A program made the position numbers and the translations under genes. A stretch of DNA of 64,000 bases from an uncultured Acidimicrobiales bacterium. Its GTDB lineage: Bacteria > Actinomycetota > Acidimicrobiia > Acidimicrobiales > UBA10347. A model generated the notes under the pieces. The model made no database searches. It was not told the DNA's origin and saw only the letters and a list, made by a program, of their open reading frames with translations. Positions within the stretch are counted from its first letter, which is position 1, and the number at the start of each line of letters is the position of its first letter. The DNA lies in assembly GCA_943788915.1 (NCBI GenBank), contig CALSSD010000010.1, positions 186,001 to 250,000 of the forward strand, in the 5' to 3' direction. This document shows, one piece after another, positions 46,104 to 57,454 of the stretch.

Positions 46104-47687
46104 TTAGTTCATTGCTCGGGGAGCCAGGATCTCGATGAGGTCGGGCTCCTGGCCACGCAGATAGCGGCCGACCCACAGAGAGACCAGACCGAACGGCACA
46201 GATGCATACACAAGTGCAGCCAAGGGAAGCAGCCACAACCACCAGTTGCCGAACGAGCGAAAGATCAGGATGAGAGATCGGTGCTGACAGGACGGTCACC
46301 GAGACCATGCCGACAAGCGCAATGATGACCAGTCGAAGCCCGCGGCCCTCGTTCGACTGGCGGTTGCCAAACGGGTTGTCCCAATCAGGAAGTGGGGCAG
46401 GCGCCAAAGCGGAAGCGACCATCCCGAACGTCAACACGTTGAGGGCGATCGGTATCGCAAGCATCGAAACCAACAGCACCAGTGTCCATTCGCCTGTCCA
46501 GATGCCGACAACGATGCCAGACAACCACGTGGGCAAGAGGAGGTTGGGCAGGGCGATGAGTTGCCGGGCCATCATGTGGGGCCGGCCCGGCCCGCCGGCG
46601 AGCACTTCTATCCACAACGAGCCAGCATCGAAGCCGAGCACGTTTGTCGCCGCCCCCAGGTTGGCCATCATGGCCAGCAAGATGCCGAATGCAGCGGCAG
46701 CGCCATTGCCCTCTCCTTGCTGGACGATCTGCACCATTGCGAAGGCGATCCCGAAGACGGTTCCGTAGACGAACCCAACCCGGTTGTTCGGAGACCGCCG
46801 GAGATAGATCCACTGTCGGGCGAACGCGGCACCAAATCGAGTCGACGCGCCGCTCAAGATCGACCGGTTGGAGCGTCGGCGTCCTTGTGCGCTCCGCTCG
46901 CCGTTGAGCAGCAGGAAATGCGAAAGCCAGATCCAGGCAGCGTGGAGGAGCGACGGTCAACATCGCGCTCGCCACCAGCCACGCAAGGGCCGGCACCTCG
47001 TCACCCCGGCGGGCAGCATTGATTGCCCGGGCAGGCCAAGCAAGGGGAAGCCAACCGAGGGCTTCGATGAAGGCATCGGCTCGTGCACCCACGTCGCGGG
47101 CTAATTGGGCCATGGTGAAGAGTGAACCGCCAGCAATAGCGGCGGCAAGAACGGCGAAGTCGCGGCCTACGCGACTGCGCTGAGCAATGGCAAGCAGTGC
47201 AGCTAGCGATCTGGCGGCACCGACCATAAGGAAGACGGCACAAATCGCAGCCAGGGGCACAACGAATAGGGAGATACCAAGGCGTGTATGTCCGATAGTT
47301 AGTCCAACGCATAAGCCGGTGGCAGCAGCGAGAGGTCCGGTGCCGGTCATAGGCCGCGGCCAACTGCACGACATAACGCTCGGTCGACGACATCGGCAGA
47401 AGCGCAAGCTTGGTTGGGTCAATCGTCTCGTCGACCCCTCCGATCAGCACCGGGCCGAACACCCAGCCAAGAGCCATCGACGCCATCAGCAGTGTCAAGG
47501 TTTCGGCGGCAGCGTCCTCGGCAGTAAAACGCGCTCTTCCGAGCACCACAACAGTAACCATCGTGTAGCCACCAGCTGCCACGATCATGAATCGTCGGGT
47601 GCGTTTCCCGCTCCGACGCAGACGGTTGCTCAACAATCGCCAACGCAGCGAGATGCCTATACGGGCAAGTGCAACCAGTGAACTCAC
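46104..47687 (-). CDS. ABC-2 type exporter permease; three apparent +1 frameshifts (~47351, ~46947, ~46276)
   Basis: Multi-TM segments across frames (GVDETIDPTKLALLP, GWLPLAWP, NVLGFDAG); GTG overlaps the ATPase TGA; repaired frame ends TAA at 46104. Confidence 0.75.
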
Positions 47688-48451
47688 GACTGGCCAAGCC
47701 ACTCAAGTGACTCGCTGACGGGTGAGGCGGATCCCCCGATGGCGCCAATGAAGATGTCCTCGAGTCGGATCGTGGACGATTGCGTCAGATCCTGGACAGA
47801 ACCTGACCGAACGACCTCTCCACTCGAAATAATTGCCACGTGGTCGCACAATCGTTCGACGGTGTCCATGACATGGCTCGAGAAAACGATGGTGCCGCCC
47901 GATGATCGATAGTGCTGGAGTACTTCGACAATCACCTTGCTCGACACAGGGTCGACAGATTCGAACGGTTCATCGAGAATCAGGACTGAAGGGGAGTGGA
48001 GCAACGCTGCGGCCAGAGCGACTTTCTTTCTCATGCCGGTTGAATAGTCCGCAACCAGATCATGCGCGGCTCCGGTCAGACCGAGCACCTCGAGGAGTTG
48101 TTCGCTCCGGCTCAGCACCGACGCTCGGTCCAGCCGACGCAGTAGGCCAACATAAACCAGGAGTTCTTCGCCGGTAAGTCGCTCGAACAATCGGAGATCG
48201 TCGGGCAAAACGCCGACCATACGCTTGACCTCAGTGGGGTCAGGCCATACCGCGGCGCCGTTCACCAACACCGTGCCCTCGTCGGGACGCAGCAGGCCGA
48301 CCATCATTCGAATCGACGTCGTCTTCCCCGCTCCGTTCGGGCCAACCACACCAAACCAGCTGCCTCGAGGGACGGCCAAGTGCAGATGGTTGACTGCCGT
48401 CTTTTCACCAAATCGCTTCACAAGTCCGTCGGCAACTAGGGCGATATCCAC
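47684..48451 (-). CDS. ABC transporter ATP-binding protein
   Basis: GPNGAGKTT, YSTGMRKK, LILDEPF, SSH. Confidence 0.93.
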   Translation of the reverse strand: MDIALVADGLVKRFGEKTAVNHLHLAVPRGSWFGVVGPNGAGKTTSIRMMVGLLRPDEGTVLVNGAAVWPDPTEVKRMVGVLPDDLRLFERLTGEELLVYVGLLRRLDRASVLSRSEQLLEVLGLTGAAHDLVADYSTGMRKKVALAAALLHSPSVLILDEPFESVDPVSSKVIVEVLQHYRSSGGTIVFSSHVMDTVERLCDHVAIISSGEVVRSGSVQDLTQSSTIRLEDIFIGAIGGSASPVSESLEWLGQS

Positions 48452-48554
48452 CTCCGAAGCGTAGACAGAATTGGGTACGTGGTCGCGGCTTGGCTATCTA
48501 CGTAAGCCATGTGACTTACGCCCCGACAGTGCTGTGGCCTACCGTGCTGTGGCG

Positions 48555-48938
48555 ATGATGAGATGGCAAAACGAGATCGAAGAACTACACGACGTCTTCG
48601 AGGCCTACTTCTTAGGAACTATCGACACCCTTGAACGGGTCGAGCAGGTTTTGGCAGATGACTTCACGATCGTGGGACCCGACGGCATCGAGTCATCACG
48701 GGCGATGACCATGCAAGCTCTTCGGGCAGCGCACGGCCACACGAGCTCGCTCAGGATTACGGTGACGGACGCAGCGTTGGTGGCGGAGACCAGCGACAGC
48801 CTGGTTGCTCGGTACATCGAAAACCACCAACTTATTGACCGAACCCACCACCGGCTCAGCACGGTGGTCTTCACCAGCCATGCCACAGCGCCGAATGGCC
48901 TCCAATGGCGCCGAGTCCACGAAACGTGGCTGCCGTAG
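48555..48938 (+). CDS. NTF2/SnoaL-like (DUF4440-like) protein
   Basis: EIEELHDVFEAYF, LADDFTIVGPDG, RLSTVVF, WRRVHETW. Confidence 0.7.
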   Translation: MMRWQNEIEELHDVFEAYFLGTIDTLERVEQVLADDFTIVGPDGIESSRAMTMQALRAAHGHTSSLRITVTDAALVAETSDSLVARYIENHQLIDRTHHRLSTVVFTSHATAPNGLQWRRVHETWLP

Positions 48939-49201
48939 GCTGCATCCTCTGAACAACCTCACTCAGGTCCGAGTCCTGACGCGTGACACGTTGGCTGGAT
49001 AGCAGCTTGGCGAGCAGTGGCGAGTCACCACGCGCCAACAAAACCAGGAGTGCCTGGTGGACTCGGCTGCAAACCCTGTGGCTCGAAGGTCCGCCACCGC
49101 ACTTGCGCATCAGCGGCAAAGGGGTTGGACTCCATCTGGTTGACTAGCGCTTCCCTGTTATCTCCCAGCCAGAGCTATCTGGTCACCGCCCGTGTCGGTT
49201 T

Positions 49202-49263
49202 GACCGGGCTATTCGCGTTTCCGGGTGGGAAACCCCTAGGGAGCGCGCTAGCCTCAGCAGGTC
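49202..49263 (+). promoter_or_regulatory. Long stem-loop in the leader upstream of rplC
   Basis: Nested pairing GACC/GGTC, GGCTA/TAGCC, CGCGTTTCC/GGGAGCGCG; GG-GAAA-CC apex. Confidence 0.45.
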
Positions 49264-49450
49264 TGTTTGAAGACCGTTTGCCTTGGTAAAACAGGGTTCG
49301 CAGCCTTCGCAAGAATCGACGTCGATGTAGGCCTCACCGGGAACCGCATCGCACAACCGAAGCATCGCTCCGCCAGCATGGCCCTCACCGGCCTGATCTG
49401 TGCGGAGCGTTTGCGTGAACAACCGCCCGCAGAAGATTCCGGAAGAACCA

Positions 49451-50119
49451 ATGGCTACCAAAGCGATTGTTGGAACAAAAATCGGCATGACCCAAGTGTG
49501 GGACGACGAAAATCGTCTCATCGCGGTCACTGCGCTAGCTGTTCGCCCATGTCGTGTGGTGCAGGTGAAGTCGCCCGAGATCGACGGCTACTCCGCCGTG
49601 CAGGTCACATGGGGTGAACAGAAACCGCAACGCCTTACCAGCCCAGAGGCCGGTCACTTCGCTAAAGGCGGAGTCGCCCCTGGTCCCAAGCTGGTCGAGC
49701 TACGCCTCGACGACGTTGGCGATATTGCCGTTGGCGACGAGCTCACTGTTGAACAACTCGCCGCTGGCGAACTTGTCGACGTGACCGCCGTCAGCAAAGG
49801 CAAAGGTTTCGCCGGTGTGATGAAACGCCACAACTTCAAAGGTATGGGTGCCTCCCACGGCGCCCATCGCAATCATCGCAAACCCGGCGCAATTGGCCAG
49901 TGTGCAACCCCATCGCGAGTATTCAGAGGCAAGAAAATGCCTGGTCGCATGGGTGCCGAAAAAGTGACAACCCAAAACCTCCAGGTCGTTCAGGCCGATC
50001 CCGAGCGCGAGCTTCTGCTCGTGCGTGGTTCGGTTCCTGGCCCTCGAGGCGCAACCGTCGTGATCCGCAATGCCGTCAAGAAGCCGGCATTTGTGGCCCC
50101 GGAGGCAAACGATGCCTGA
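49451..50119 (+). CDS. rplC: 50S ribosomal protein L3
   Basis: GTKIGMTQ, DGYSAVQ, SKGKGFAGVMKRH, GKKMPGRMG. Confidence 0.98.
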   Translation: MATKAIVGTKIGMTQVWDDENRLIAVTALAVRPCRVVQVKSPEIDGYSAVQVTWGEQKPQRLTSPEAGHFAKGGVAPGPKLVELRLDDVGDIAVGDELTVEQLAAGELVDVTAVSKGKGFAGVMKRHNFKGMGASHGAHRNHRKPGAIGQCATPSRVFRGKKMPGRMGAEKVTTQNLQVVQADPERELLLVRGSVPGPRGATVVIRNAVKKPAFVAPEANDA

Positions 50120-50861
50120 TTTTAACGTACTGAACAACGGCGGCTCCGCCGCCGGAAGCGTGTCGGGCCCCGACCACCTTTTCGGTGTCGAGCCCAACGT
50201 CCCGGTCATGCACCAGGTCGTTACCGCACAGCTGGCGAACCGCCGTAGCGGCACCCACAGCACCAAGACCCGGGCCGAGGTCCGTGGTGGTGCTGCAAAG
50301 CCGTGGCGCCAGAAGGGCACCGGCCGTGCTCGTGCCGGCTCGCTAAATGCCCCGCATTGGCGTGGTGGTGGCGTTGCGATGGGGCCAAAGCCTCGTTCCT
50401 ACGCCCAACGCACGCCAAAGAAGATGATCCGACTGGCGCTGGCTTCAGCCCTGTCTGATAGGGCATCCGACGGCAAAGTCCGGGTTCTCGACGACTTCGG
50501 CATCGCCGCACCGAAGACAAAGGACGCCATCGCTGTACTCAGCAAGATCGACGTGTGGGGCAAAATCCTCATTGTTGTCGGTCACGAGGACAGTGCTGCA
50601 GCAAAGAGCTTCGCCAACCTGGTTGGTGTGCAGACGATCACGCAAGATCAGCTCAACACCTACGACGTGCTGGTGAACGACTTCATCGTCTTTACCAAGG
50701 ACAGTTTCGAAGCCGCATGTGCGTCACGCCCTGCGCCCGAAGCTCGCAAGGTCGCTCGCACCGAGCGCATGCTGGCCACCGGCTCCGCAGCACATGCAGT
50801 GGCTGCCGATGATCACGCCGAAGACGCTGCTCCTGCAGCAGCCAGCGAGGAAGAAGAATGA
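50112..50861 (+). CDS. rplD: 50S ribosomal protein L4 with C-terminal extension
   Basis: [26 protein letters not shown]. Confidence 0.98.
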   Translation: MPDFNVLNNGGSAAGSVSGPDHLFGVEPNVPVMHQVVTAQLANRRSGTHSTKTRAEVRGGAAKPWRQKGTGRARAGSLNAPHWRGGGVAMGPKPRSYAQRTPKKMIRLALASALSDRASDGKVRVLDDFGIAAPKTKDAIAVLSKIDVWGKILIVVGHEDSAAAKSFANLVGVQTITQDQLNTYDVLVNDFIVFTKDSFEAACASRPAPEARKVARTERMLATGSAAHAVAADDHAEDAAPAAASEEEE

Positions 50862-51148
50862 AGGATCCACGCGACGTCATCATTCGCCCCGTAGTGAGCG
50901 AAAAGAGCTACACGCTACTCGAGGACAACGTCTACACGTTCGAAGTCCACCCCAGTAGCTCGAAGCCCGAAATAAAAGACGCTGTTGAGTCGATCTTCGA
51001 TGTCGACGTGCTCAAGGTCAACACCTTGATCCGTAAGGGCAAACGAAAGAAGAACCGCCGCACCAACACGTGGGGCCAGCGGCCTTCGCGTAAACGTGCA
51101 ATCGTCACCCTCGCCGAGGGCGACTCGATCGAACTGTTCGAGGTCTGA
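50858..51148 (+). CDS. rplW: 50S ribosomal protein L23
   Basis: [21 protein letters not shown]. Confidence 0.98.
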   Translation: MKDPRDVIIRPVVSEKSYTLLEDNVYTFEVHPSSSKPEIKDAVESIFDVDVLKVNTLIRKGKRKKNRRTNTWGQRPSRKRAIVTLAEGDSIELFEV

Positions 51149-51150
51149 TC

Positions 51151-51987
51151 ATGGCTATTCGTCGCCGTAAGCCGACCAGCCCGGGCCGTCGCTTCCAGAC
51201 ATCGCACGATTTCTCTGAAATCACCACGACGTCACCCGAGAAGTCACTGCTCGCACCGAAACATAAGACCGGTGGTCGTAACAACCACGGTCGCAAGACC
51301 AGCCGTCACCGCGGTGGCGGTCACAAGCAGCGCTACCGCCAGATCGACTTCAAGCGCAACAAGGATGGCGTCCCCGCCACCGTTGCCTCGATCGAATACG
51401 ACCCGAACCGCACCTGCCGTATTGCCCTGTTGCACTTCCACGATGGCGAGAAGCGCTACATCCTGGCTCCCAGCGGCTTGAACGTCGGCGACAAGGTCAG
51501 CAATGGCCCGGCCGCCGAAATTCGCTCAGGTTGCGCACTTCCCATCCGTTACATCCCGGTCGGTACCGTTATCCACAACGTGGAACTTGCACCTGGCGGC
51601 GGCGGCAAGCTCGCCCGCAGCGCCGGCACGAGTGTTCAGCTCGTCGCAAAAGAGGGCAAGTTTGCCACGTTACGTTTGCCCAGCACTGAAATGCGCCGAG
51701 TCCCAATCGACTGCCGTGCAACTGTCGGTGTCATCGGCAACAGCGATCATGAGCTGATCAAGATCGGTAAAGCTGGTCGGCACCGCTGGATGGGTGTTCG
51801 CCCCCAGACTCGTGGTGTTGCCATGAACCCGGTCGACCACCCACACGGTGGTGGTGAAGGTAAGACTTCAGGTGGCCGTCACCCGGTATCTCCTTGGGGT
51901 AAGCCCGAGGCACGTACTCGCAATCGCAACAAGCCATCCGAGCAGATGATCGTCCGTCGCCGCCGTACTCGCGGCAAGCGACGCTAG
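51151..51987 (+). CDS. rplB: 50S ribosomal protein L2
   Basis: [23 protein letters not shown]. Confidence 0.99.
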   Translation: MAIRRRKPTSPGRRFQTSHDFSEITTTSPEKSLLAPKHKTGGRNNHGRKTSRHRGGGHKQRYRQIDFKRNKDGVPATVASIEYDPNRTCRIALLHFHDGEKRYILAPSGLNVGDKVSNGPAAEIRSGCALPIRYIPVGTVIHNVELAPGGGGKLARSAGTSVQLVAKEGKFATLRLPSTEMRRVPIDCRATVGVIGNSDHELIKIGKAGRHRWMGVRPQTRGVAMNPVDHPHGGGEGKTSGGRHPVSPWGKPEARTRNRNKPSEQMIVRRRRTRGKRR

Positions 51988-51996
51988 GAGCTAGTA

Positions 51997-52275
51997 ATGC
52001 CGAGAAGCCTCAAAAAGGGCCCATTTGTCGATGGGCACCTGCTCAAGAAGATCGATGCTTTGAACGAGAGCGGCGAGAAGAAGGTCATTCGGACCTGGTC
52101 ACGCCGCTCAACGATCATTCCAGACATGGTTGGCCACACGGTCGCTGTGCACGATGGTCGCAAACACATCCCGGTCTACATCAACGAGTCAATGGTCGGT
52201 CACAAGCTGGGCGAATTTGCACCAACTCGTACCTTCCGTTTCCACGCTGGTCAAGAACGAGGAGCACGTCGCTAA
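51997..52275 (+). CDS. rpsS: 30S ribosomal protein S19
   Basis: [21 protein letters not shown]. Confidence 0.99.
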   Translation: MPRSLKKGPFVDGHLLKKIDALNESGEKKVIRTWSRRSTIIPDMVGHTVAVHDGRKHIPVYINESMVGHKLGEFAPTRTFRFHAGQERGARR

Positions 52276-52817
52276 TGTCGGGCCCCAAGACCAATGAACG
52301 TCCGGGCACCCGTGCCCAGGGTCGCTATCTCAAGGGTTCGGCCAGCAAGGCCCGCCGTGTGCTCAACTTGATTCGTAACGAGTCAGTCGAAGACGCACGC
52401 ACAATCCTGCAATTCTCTGAAACCGGTGTCTCCGAAGTGGTCTCTAAGATCCTCGAGTCAGCGGTCGCCAATGCCAGCCACAACGACGGCATCAGCGACG
52501 ATGAGCTCTACGTCGCTGCGTGTTACGCCGACGAAGGCGCAACCATGAAGCGCTTCCGGCCACGTGCTCGTGGTCGTGCAAGTCGCATAAACAAACGCAC
52601 GTCGCACGTCACCATCATCGTGGCTCGTTATGGCGCCGACGACCTCGACGCCCGTCGTGAAAAGGCCGCAACCCAGGGCAGCACTAGCGCCGCCCAGGCA
52701 GAAGCTCGACGCCGCCGGGTGCAGCAGTCACAAGGCGTTGCAGCCGATGACAACGCTGAAGACATGGCTGACACGCAAAGCACCGACGACACCACCGCAA
52801 CGACCGAGGAAGAATAA
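52275..52817 (+). CDS. rplV: 50S ribosomal protein L22 with C-terminal extension
   Basis: [23 protein letters not shown]. Confidence 0.97.
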   Translation: MSGPKTNERPGTRAQGRYLKGSASKARRVLNLIRNESVEDARTILQFSETGVSEVVSKILESAVANASHNDGISDDELYVAACYADEGATMKRFRPRARGRASRINKRTSHVTIIVARYGADDLDARREKAATQGSTSAAQAEARRRRVQQSQGVAADDNAEDMADTQSTDDTTATTEEE

Positions 52818-52819
52818 GA

Positions 52820-53725
52820 ATGGGCCAGAAAGTAAACCCGTACGGCTTCCGCCTCGGTATCACCACCGAGTGGAAGAGCCGCTGGTTCGCAACCCGTCAG
52901 GAATATCAAGATCTTCTGATCGAAGACTGGACCATTCGCAACTATCTCATGACCGAACTGCCGCATGCTGCGATCAGCCGGGTCGAAGTTGAACGCACCC
53001 GCGATCGCCTCAAGATCGATGTGCATACCGCACGCCCGGGCATCGTGATTGGTCGCCGTGGTACCGAAGCCGACCGCCTTCGTGCTGGTTTGGCCAAGAT
53101 CACGGGTAACAACAAGGTGCAGCTCAACATCCAAGAGATCAAGCAGCCAGATATCGACGCTGCAATCTTGGCCCAGGGCATTGCCGACCAGCTTGCTGGA
53201 CGTGTTGCCTTTCGTCGTGCCATGAAACGTGCGGTGCAGAACGCTATGAAGGCCGGCGCACTCGGCGTTCGAGTCCAGTGTTCAGGCCGTCTCGGTGGCG
53301 CTGAAATGTCACGTACCGAGTGGTACCGCGAAGGTCAAGTGCCGTTGCACACGCTGCGTGCCGACATCGACTACGGCTTCCGCGAATCGATTACTACTTA
53401 CGGCCGCATTGGCGTAAAGGTCTGGATCTACAAGGGTCAGATTCTGCCCTACAAGGTCAAGGCCGACGACCAAATCACCCGTGAAGCCGCAATGGCTGTT
53501 GGTGAACCTGCCGATCCGGATCGCCCGAAGCGCGTCATCAGCTCCGGTGGCCGGGCCGAGGTCGAACCTGTGGCTCCTGAACCTGCGGCCGAAGAAAAGC
53601 CAAAGCCCTTGCTTGGTGAAGCCGACCCAGAGTTCGAGAAACTGCTCGACGCTGAAGAAGAGATCGATCGCCTCTCTCGCGAGAGCAGCGAAACCGAGCG
53701 CTTCCGTCCAGGACAGGGGGACTAA
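52820..53725 (+). CDS. rpsC: 30S ribosomal protein S3 with C-terminal extension
   Basis: [33 protein letters not shown]. Confidence 0.99.
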   Translation: MGQKVNPYGFRLGITTEWKSRWFATRQEYQDLLIEDWTIRNYLMTELPHAAISRVEVERTRDRLKIDVHTARPGIVIGRRGTEADRLRAGLAKITGNNKVQLNIQEIKQPDIDAAILAQGIADQLAGRVAFRRAMKRAVQNAMKAGALGVRVQCSGRLGGAEMSRTEWYREGQVPLHTLRADIDYGFRESITTYGRIGVKVWIYKGQILPYKVKADDQITREAAMAVGEPADPDRPKRVISSGGRAEVEPVAPEPAAEEKPKPLLGEADPEFEKLLDAEEEIDRLSRESSETERFRPGQGD

Positions 53726-53727
53726 CC

Positions 53728-54144
53728 ATGTTGATGCCTAAGAAGGTTAAACACCGCAAGCAACAGCGTGGCCGTACCCGTGGTCAGTCCAAAGGCGGCA
53801 ACAAAGTCGTTCAGGGTGAATATGGAATCCAGGCGCTTGAGCCTGCGTGGGTTACCGCCCGCCAGATCGAGGCTGCCCGTATTGCCATGACCCGTCATAT
53901 CAAGCGTGGTGGCAAGGTGTGGATCAACGTCTTCCCTGATAAGCCGATTACCCAGAAACCAGCCGAAACTCGCATGGGTTCCGGTAAAGGCAACCCCGAA
54001 AGCTGGGTTGCTGTCGTGAAGCCTGGTCGAGTCATGTTTGAACTCGCCTATCACGACGAGCAGGTCGCTCGAGAAGCTATCGAACGTGCGATACAGAAGC
54101 TTCCAATGAAGTGCAAATTTGTCGTACGTAAGGACGGCTTCTAA
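53728..54144 (+). CDS. rplP: 50S ribosomal protein L16
   Basis: [15 protein letters not shown]. Confidence 0.99.
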   Translation: MLMPKKVKHRKQQRGRTRGQSKGGNKVVQGEYGIQALEPAWVTARQIEAARIAMTRHIKRGGKVWINVFPDKPITQKPAETRMGSGKGNPESWVAVVKPGRVMFELAYHDEQVAREAIERAIQKLPMKCKFVVRKDGF

Positions 54145-54362
54145 TGGCGAAGAATCAGAATCTCACCGAGTTGTCAGACACAGATCTGATCAACCTGCTC
54201 GATGAAACCAAGGACGAATCACTCAACCTGCGCTTTCAGCACGTGACCGGCCAGCTTGACAACTTCAAGCGGATCGGCACTGTTCGTAAGCAGGTTGCTC
54301 GTATCAAGACTGAATTGCGCATGCGTGAGATCAACGCTGCCGAAGCTGAGGCCAACTCATGA
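54144..54362 (+). CDS. rpmC: 50S ribosomal protein L29
   Basis: NLRFQ..TGQL, RKQVARIKT; operon position. Confidence 0.97.
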   Translation: MAKNQNLTELSDTDLINLLDETKDESLNLRFQHVTGQLDNFKRIGTVRKQVARIKTELRMREINAAEAEANS

Positions 54363-54646
54363 GCACTGAAAGTGACAGCAACACCGAAGAAGCGCGCGAG
54401 AATCCTCGCAAGGTTCGCGAAGGCGTTGTTGCATCGAAGTCGATGGACAAAACGGTTGTGGTTGTTGCCACTGACCGAGTTCGTCACCGTCGGTACAACA
54501 AGACCGTCCAGCGCGACAAGCGTCTCTATGTCCACGACGAGAATAACGACGCCAACGTTGGCGACCGTGTCCGAGTGGCAGAGACTCGTCCGTTGTCCAA
54601 GACCAAGCGCTGGCGCCTGGTCGAGATCCTCGAGCGTTCGCGCTAG
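54359..54646 (+). CDS. rpsQ: 30S ribosomal protein S17
   Basis: MDKTVVV, HDE, ETRPLSKTKRW. Confidence 0.98.
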   Translation: MSTESDSNTEEARENPRKVREGVVASKSMDKTVVVVATDRVRHRRYNKTVQRDKRLYVHDENNDANVGDRVRVAETRPLSKTKRWRLVEILERSR

Positions 54647-54664
54647 ATCGGGCAGGAGAACAAC

Positions 54665-55033
54665 ATGATTCAACAAGAGTCTCGGCTCAAGATCGCTGAC
54701 AACAGTGGCGCAAAAGAAGTCCTGTGCATCAAGGTGCTCGGTGGCTCCAAGATCCGTTACGCCGGCGTCGGCGACATCATCGTCGCAACCGTCAAAGATG
54801 CCATCCCAGCGGCTGGTGTCAAGAAGGGCGAAGTGGTCAAGTGTGTGGTTGTACGCACCAAGAAAGAACGCCGCCGTGCCGATGGCAGCTACATCAAGTT
54901 TGATGAGAATGCTGCTGTGATCATCAATGACAACCGCGAGCCACGCGGGACCCGCATCTTCGGTCCTGTCGGCCGCGAACTTCGCGAGAAGCGCTTCATG
55001 CGCATCGTATCGCTCGCACCAGAGGTGCTCTAA
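54665..55033 (+). CDS. rplN: 50S ribosomal protein L14
   Basis: [21 protein letters not shown]. Confidence 0.99.
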   Translation: MIQQESRLKIADNSGAKEVLCIKVLGGSKIRYAGVGDIIVATVKDAIPAAGVKKGEVVKCVVVRTKKERRRADGSYIKFDENAAVIINDNREPRGTRIFGPVGRELREKRFMRIVSLAPEVL

Positions 55034-55347
55034 TGGCAAAGATTCGTAAGGGTGACCGCGTCATCGTTCTGTCCGGCAAGGACAAGGGCAAAGAGGGCAA
55101 CGTCGTCGAAGTGCATCCAAAGACCGACCGTGCGATCGTCGAAGGCGTGAACATCGCTCGCAAGAGCCAACGCCCGGTTGACGAAATGCAGACCGGGGGC
55201 ATCATCGATGTCAACATGCCGATCCGCTTGTCAAAGCTTGCGGTCATCAGCCCGAAAGACGGCAAAGCAACCCGCGTGGGTTTCAAGGTCGAAGCTGACG
55301 GGACCAAGATTCGGGTCTGCAAGCGCACGGGAGCAGAGATCAAGTGA
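55033..55347 (+). CDS. rplX: 50S ribosomal protein L24
   Basis: KGDRV.V.SGKDKGK, VEGVN. Confidence 0.98.
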   Translation: MAKIRKGDRVIVLSGKDKGKEGNVVEVHPKTDRAIVEGVNIARKSQRPVDEMQTGGIIDVNMPIRLSKLAVISPKDGKATRVGFKVEADGTKIRVCKRTGAEIK

Positions 55348-55937
55348 CTGACACAACAGAAACTCCTGTCTCCACTGCGGTAGCGATGGATGCGCCTCGT
55401 ATGAAGGTCATGTATGACACTCAGATTCGCGCAGCTCTCAAAGATCAGCTCGGACTCGGCAACATCATGGAAGTGCCTCGCATGTCCAAGATCGTTGTCA
55501 ACATGGGGGTCGGCGATGCCGTTTCCCAGGCCAAGCTCCTCGAAGGAGCGATCCGCGATATGACGACCATCACTGGTCAACGTCCCATCACCACACGAGC
55601 CAAGAAGTCCATCGCGGGATTCAAGCTTCGTGAAGGCAACCCCATCGGCGTGAAGGCCACCCTTCGCAACGACCGGATGTGGGAATTCTTCGACCGCCTG
55701 GTCACGCTTGCGATTCCTCGCATCCGTGACTTCCGCGGCCTGCCTACCAAGTCGTTCGACGGCCATGGCAACTACACGTTCGGTGTAACCGAACAACTCA
55801 TCTTCCCTGAGGTCTCGTACGACGACGTTGACCGCACCCGGGGCATGGATATCACGATCGTCAATACGGCGAAGACCGATGAGCAGGGTCGTGCCCTGCT
55901 CGACGCCTTCGGCTTCCCGTTCAAGAAGGACAGCTGA
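55344..55937 (+). CDS. rplE: 50S ribosomal protein L5
   Basis: [25 protein letters not shown]. Confidence 0.99.
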   Translation: MTDTTETPVSTAVAMDAPRMKVMYDTQIRAALKDQLGLGNIMEVPRMSKIVVNMGVGDAVSQAKLLEGAIRDMTTITGQRPITTRAKKSIAGFKLREGNPIGVKATLRNDRMWEFFDRLVTLAIPRIRDFRGLPTKSFDGHGNYTFGVTEQLIFPEVSYDDVDRTRGMDITIVNTAKTDEQGRALLDAFGFPFKKDS

Positions 55938-55938
55938 C

Positions 55939-56124
55939 ATGGCAAAGAAAGCGCTTCGCGAAAAGCAGCAGAAGACGCCCAAGTTTAAGGTCCGTGGCTA
56001 TACCCGATGCCGTCGATGCGGCCGACCACGTTCGGTCTACCGCAAATTCGGGCTTTGCCGTATCTGTCTCCGACACATGGTGCACGCGGGCGAAGTCCCT
56101 GGCGTAACCAAGAGCTCACGGTAG
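55939..56124 (+). CDS. rpsZ: 30S ribosomal protein S14, zinc-binding (type Z)
   Basis: RC..CGR...GLCRIC; 61 aa; ends SSR. Confidence 0.97.
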   Translation: MAKKALREKQQKTPKFKVRGYTRCRRCGRPRSVYRKFGLCRICLRHMVHAGEVPGVTKSSR

Positions 56125-56135
56125 GTGATGTAGCG

Positions 56136-56537
56136 ATGATGACTGATCCAGTTGCTGACATGCTGACCCGCATCCGTAACGCCAACACGGCGATGCACGA
56201 TGAGGTCATCATGCCAAGTTCAAAACTTAAGGTCGCTCTGGCCGACATGCTTAAGGCAGAGGGTTACATCGGTGGTTTCGATGTAGCTGACAACGCCGAC
56301 AAGCCTGGTCAGAGCCTGACCATCCGAATGAAGTACTCACCAAAGCGTGAGCGGGTCATTTCGGGACTCAAGCGAGTCTCGAAGCCTGGCCTTCGGGTGT
56401 ACTCCGGTTCGAAAGACATTCCCCGTGTTGTAGGTGGTCTCGGCGTTGCCGTGGTCTCCACCAGCAAGGGCCTTATGAGCGATCGCGAAGCACGACGCCG
56501 CCGTCTTGGTGGCGAAGTGCTCTGCTACGTCTGGTAG
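56136..56537 (+). CDS. rpsH: 30S ribosomal protein S8
   Basis: [30 protein letters not shown]. Confidence 0.99.
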   Translation: MMTDPVADMLTRIRNANTAMHDEVIMPSSKLKVALADMLKAEGYIGGFDVADNADKPGQSLTIRMKYSPKRERVISGLKRVSKPGLRVYSGSKDIPRVVGGLGVAVVSTSKGLMSDREARRRRLGGEVLCYVW

Positions 56538-56543
56538 GTCGAG

Positions 56544-57083
56544 ATGTCTCGTATTGGAAATAATCCCATCCCGCTCCCTTCCGGTGTAGCCGTTGCGATT
56601 ACCGGCACTGCCCTCACTGTTCAAGGTCCCAAGGGCGAACTGAACATCGACTTGCCTGAGGGGATCACCGCCCGCCAAGACGGTGACGACCTCGTGGTCG
56701 AACGTCCGAACGACGATCAGCAGTCCAAGGCGTTGCATGGTCTTGCTCGTTCACTCGTAAACAACATGATCACTGGTGTAAGCGAGGGGTTCCGTAAGGA
56801 CCTCGAGATCATCGGCGTTGGTTACCGCTGCGCAGCCAAGGGCTCAAATGCCCTCGAGTTGCAGCTCGGCTTCAGCCATCCGGTGAACTATCAAGCACCT
56901 GACGGCATCCAATTCGAGGTGCCCGATCAGCAGAAGATTTCCATCAGCGGTATCGACAAACAAGTTGTCGGCCAAGTTGCTGCAGAAATCCGAGCCTTCC
57001 GCAAGCCAGAGCCTTACAAGGGCAAGGGCATCCGTTACGTCGGCGAACATGTCATTCGCAAAGCCGGCAAGCAAGCCAAGTAG
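56544..57083 (+). CDS. rplF: 50S ribosomal protein L6
   Basis: [21 protein letters not shown]. Confidence 0.99.
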   Translation: MSRIGNNPIPLPSGVAVAITGTALTVQGPKGELNIDLPEGITARQDGDDLVVERPNDDQQSKALHGLARSLVNNMITGVSEGFRKDLEIIGVGYRCAAKGSNALELQLGFSHPVNYQAPDGIQFEVPDQQKISISGIDKQVVGQVAAEIRAFRKPEPYKGKGIRYVGEHVIRKAGKQAK

Positions 57084-57094
57084 GGAAGAAAACG

Positions 57095-57454
57095 ATGGCA
57101 ACCAAGAGCCGCCGGGCTGCCCGGCACCGCCGCCACGCACGCCTACGCCGCAAGGTCGTTGGCACTGCAGAACGACCCCGTCTGTCGGTGTTCCGTTCAA
57201 ACAAGCACATCGCTGTGCAACTGATCAACGATGCCGAAGGCACCACTATTGCCTCCGCATCATCGCTCGAAGCTGACCTTCGTGGCGGCGCAACCGGGAA
57301 TGCATCGGCTGCCGCACAAGTTGGAACGCTCATCGCAGAACGAGCCAAAGCTGCTGGCGTGTCGACAGTCGTATTCGATCGTGGTGGCAACCGCTACCAC
57401 GGCCGCATCGCTGCCCTCGCCGACGCTGCTCGTGAAGCCGGACTGGAGTTCTGA
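57095..57454 (+). CDS. rplR: 50S ribosomal protein L18
   Basis: [26 protein letters not shown]. Confidence 0.99.
   Translation: MATKSRRAARHRRHARLRRKVVGTAERPRLSVFRSNKHIAVQLINDAEGTTIASASSLEADLRGGATGNASAAAQVGTLIAERAKAAGVSTVVFDRGGNRYHGRIAALADAAREAGLEF

Noticed and set aside
49202..49263. SRP RNA or a known riboswitch upstream of rplC
   Set aside because: It lacks the SRP domain IV consensus and any aptamer motif I recognise; kept only as an unassigned leader.
50700..53725. Acidic/Ala-rich C-terminal tails on L4, L22 and S3
   Set aside because: Such extensions are common in actinobacterial ribosomal proteins.
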